64,000 nt of DNA from Monocercomonoides exilis PA203 (taxonomy: Eukaryota; Protista; Preaxostyla), in contig LSRY02000016.1 of assembly GCA_001643675.2 (NCBI GenBank), positions 372,001 to 436,000 on the forward strand. Direction: 5' to 3'. The position numbers and the translations under genes are program-made. This document shows positions 60,409 to 64,000 of the stretch, one piece after another; within the stretch, counting starts at the first letter, position 1, and each line of letters begins with the position of its first letter. Below the pieces are notes generated by a model, which saw only the letters and a list, made by a program, of their open reading frames with translations, did not search any database and had not been told where the DNA came from.

Positions 60409-61027
60409 ATGTCTTCACAACCACAAACATTACAGCAATATGATGCTGAACTTTCGTCGGTATTTTTTTATTGGTTTCTTCCTTTTGTTTAAAATAAAGA
60501 TTAATTAGTGCTTAGAAGAATTTTATCATCAAAGAGATGAACTTGAAAAATCTATTCAAAAAGAGGAAGAAGAGCGAAATAAAATTAATGTGTGAAATAA
60601 CTTATTTTTTGTTTTCTTTTTATTCAATGACCTTGATATTAGTTTGATATTCGAGTTCTGACGGAGAGATTAGCACGTTTGAGTGATTCACTAACAAAAA
60701 AGAAAGCTTCAAAGGCAGAATTCGGTTTGAAAACATTAATCATTCACTTTATTAAATTAATTTGATATGACAAACAAATAGATAAAACAATTGGTATTTG
60801 CTTTTAAATTTTAATCTTTTATCAATTCTTTTTTGTATTTTTAAAATCAAAGCTGAAACTGAAACTGCATACGCAAAGGTATTTCATTTTTTAAATAGAG
60901 CAATGATTGTTTATTATGATTATGATTATTATTGGAAAACTAGATTCTTGAATCTTCAAAAATGTTGGTTTCTGTTCTTAAACGAGAAAGCACTGAACTT
61001 CTCGCAAAAAAATCTGAGGCACAATAA
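60409..61027 (+). CDS. SSNA1: SSNA1/DIP13/NA14 microtubule- and basal-body-associated coiled-coil protein, 111 aa, 6 exons
   Basis: Exons 60409-60459, 60509-60589, 60643-60724, 60782-60793, 60853-60878 and 60944-61027 give [100 protein letters not shown]...; signature FDxTIAETExAYxKILESS. Confidence 0.93.
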
Positions 61028-61774
61028 GCTATCATTTCCTATCAAATCATCCATCACCGATCTTAATATTTCACCATTCTATCAAGTATTTTATGATAAC
61101 TAACTGTTATAATTTTTTCTGGTTCAAGAAAGCTTTTTTTATTTCATTATATTTAATTTGAATAAGAATGCATTTTCTTGTTACTTGTCGTGAATGCCTT
61201 CAGCATAACATTTTTGAAAAAAAAATTCACAAACCTTCAACTTTTTTATCTGTCAAAAAAAAAATTCAGTTTAAATGAAATGAATAGATGAAGTGTTCGC
61301 TCATAAGTTGTGAAAAGACGAGCAAATTCTTGTTAAATTCAGAAAATGCACATATTTAAAAACAGAAATTCATTGAAGATTAAGATTTTTGAAAAACCCA
61401 AAACAGAATCTGAAGTTATTTCGCAATTTCAGTAAATTCATGCATGAATAAGTTTAGATTACTGCAATTTGGAGAAGTCAAACAAAATAATAACTTGATC
61501 ATGTTATTTCAAAAAACCAAATAAGTTATAGACCTCTTTTCTTTGTTCCAAAATAATATTAACAAAGAAAATTCAAAAAGACTGATAACAGGCAGAATTT
61601 TACACATTATATAATTGCACAATGGACATGAATTGGACAAGTTATTTTCACAAAAACCAAGAACATTTACATACAAACCAACATAAACAATTATGAAGAT
61701 GAAAATAATTAATATTTCAACAGAACTGATTAAAATAAAAATATATTTTACTTTTTCAAGTTCAACAATTGTAG

Positions 61775-63372
61775 TTATTTGAGCAACTCAAGAAGAGGAG
61801 GAGGCAAAAGAGATAATGACTTTACGACTTCTGCGGTTGGGTATGATTTTTGTGTTCCTGGATGAGTGACAGAATTTGTGGAAATGATAACTCCACCTTG
61901 CACACACAAAGAGAGGAGAGAAGGATTTTTGAGGAGTTGGCAGAATGTCTGATAATATGTTTCTTTAAATAGAAAATGTAATCAATAAGAAAAATTTCAT
62001 TTGCAAGCACAGAACGAAATGAGATTAAAAAGAAAGCAACGCCTTTTTCATAGGAAAAAAAAATTATTGATTCAAACCTCCATCCTTGTGATTTTGATTA
62101 AGTATCGTTGAAAGAAAATACGCAAATGCTCCGATAAAACAATCACCTGCTCCGGATGTATCGACAACTCTGTGTTATTATTTTTGATTCATCGGTGATC
62201 AATTTTTGAACATGAATATGAAGTTAGAAATAATTGGTATATCAAAAATTTCATAAAATAAATACATAACAAGCAGTAACTCATTCACACTTTTCGACTT
62301 TAGGGCACGAAACATATATTGGCTGACTGCACCCACCGCTTTCTTCATCTCCCAGGGCAAATGAAGCACCCATACTTCCCAAAGTGACAAGAGACATCTT
62401 CAAAAAAGGCTTACCTGTGCTTGCTGGCTTTGACGACGATGAGGCGGAAGAAGCCTCTTTTGAAAGCAGATGAAGCTTGGAATGAAGTTCAGCGACTGAA
62501 ACTTCATTTTCCTATTGATGTTAACAATATGGATAAAGATTCAGATAAAAAAAATTAATTACAAAAAATTGTACAAATAAATACCTTTGCTTCTCCTTTA
62601 ATAGTGATTTCTTTTGTAGTATTAAATCCGCACATTGCCAATGCTTCAATTTCATTTGGAACAACAATGCTTGTTGCATTTATTAAACCAAAAGGAATTG
62701 GAGATTCCACTTTACATTCTGGTGTACAAGTTGCATTTCCTGCTGGAACAGGTGCTGGATTGAGTATTGTCACCAATCCATGCTTTTCTGCAATTTCAAG
62801 CGCGAATTGAGATATTTCTATTGGTATTTCAAGTTGAACGATCATGATCTTTCAAAGTTTGGCGTGATAAAGGTGCAACAAAAAGAAATAACATTCAATT
62901 ATTTTTTAAAAATTACACAAGCGCTTCGAAGCTAAATTGAAAATACCTTTGAATGCGCAATAATATGTTCTGCAGACAGAATATCTTCACGTGTTATTAG
63001 ATCATTTGCTCCATTCACAATTACAATTGCATTTCTTCCATCTTCATCCACAAAAATTGGAGCAACCCCACTTGATGCTTTTGATGTGCTTTGGAAATAT
63101 GTGGTGTCTATGTCCAACGATTTTAAATTTTCAATCATTCCTTTTCCAAAGAAATCTTCACCAACTTTTCCTATAAACATTGACTTTGCTCCCAATTTCG
63201 CTGCGGCAGCAGCTTGATTTGCTCCTTTACCGCCGAATCCTGTGGAAAAGCTTGACCCATGCAAAGTTTCTCCAATAAGAGGAAGTCTTGGAACATTTGC
63301 AATCAAATCCATATTTGAAGCTCCAACAACAACAATATCCGGGTATTTTTGAACACTTTTTTCTTCAGACAT
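61775..63372 (-). CDS. RBKS: Ribokinase (PfkB family), multi-exon
   Basis: VVVGASNMDL, GGKGANQAAAAAKLG, NAIVIVNGAN, QLEIP, LNPAP, VPNEIEA, VTLGSMG, VVDTSGAGDCFIGA and GTQKSYP across five exons; TAA at 61775. Confidence 0.93.
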
Positions 63373-64000
63373 GATTACAATCTGATAATATTTTCCTTTT
63401 GATATTTAAATCTTTTTGAACTGTTAAAAAGGAATTAAAAAAATACCTAATTGATCAGACCATCCCTTGCTAAAAATACAATTTCATGCATGCGAACAAT
63501 TGTTATTCCAATGACTTTAAAAGAAATTAATAATAATAATAATAATAAAATACTCACATTCAATAACTCAATCAATTATCAAATATCACATTTATTTGAA
63601 AACAAAAAACTGGTTAATACTCAAAATAAAATTCAATATTTACTAGATAAGCCAAAATTGTAACAAAATGTTAAATATATCTTTTGTTACTCGTTCGTTC
63701 AATGCAATTGAAGGCTAAAATTGTAATAAGCAAAATCCTTTTTAAAGCTAACAAGCCTTTCACAAAAATGTAAGTTGTGCGAAATCAATAAAAAAATAAA
63801 CATGAAATCAGATACTGCCACATTATCTGCATCAAGTCTATAATAATATTCATCATCATCATCATTACAATCATCTATTTATCGATCCATTCACTTCCCT
63901 CTCCATTTCATTTCATTTCATTTCACTTCACTTTTCATTGGCCCTCAGCTTCACTCAATCCTCCTTCTCCTCCTTCCTCTCCTCCGAATGCCCATTTGCA

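Noticed and set aside
60798-61103. 101-aa ORF from the ORF track
   Set aside because: Overlaps SSNA1 introns and exons 5-6; only AETETAYAK is true coding frame.
62399-62415. GTAAGC...AAG as a tiny intron in ribokinase
   Set aside because: The frame reads through (STGKPFLKMSLVTLGSMG) without splicing; removing it is not needed.
63830-64000. (CAT)n/(TTCAT)n pyrimidine-rich stretch at the window end
   Set aside because: Short simple repeats; too little sequence to assign a gene or element.

Overview
Eukaryotic, intron-rich, AT-rich protist DNA using the standard genetic code. Gene families and intron style suggest an oxymonad such as Monocercomonoides (inference). The window opens with the decayed 3' part of a DIRS-type tyrosine-recombinase retrotransposon (RNase H, methyltransferase-like, YR) followed by a structured tail. 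It contains two giant receptor-like genes: signal peptide, modular right-handed beta-helix ectodomain, one TM helix and a TKL-type pseudokinase C-lobe (4071-16327 minus, broken only by homopolymer frameshifts; 38481-47618 plus, intact). Other genes are a Ser-rich coiled-coil gene head-to-head with an RFWD3-type RING gene, WASHC4 (SWIP), two paralogs of a lineage-expanded helical family (one with an in-frame TGA), COG7, an RPEL-repeat protein, a two-LIM CRP-like protein, SSNA1/DIP13 (6 exons, including a 12-nt micro-exon, essentially missed by the ORF track) and ribokinase. A cluster of nested foldback elements and MITEs lies at 55.9-58.1 kb. The most striking signal is in the two giant receptor genes: in each, the first ectodomain beta-helix is encoded by a compositionally foreign island flanked by strongly strand-skewed DNA, suggesting a cassette-swapped variable domain. 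No rRNA, tRNA or CRISPR array was recognised. All family assignments are by-eye motif recognition and need HMM confirmation.
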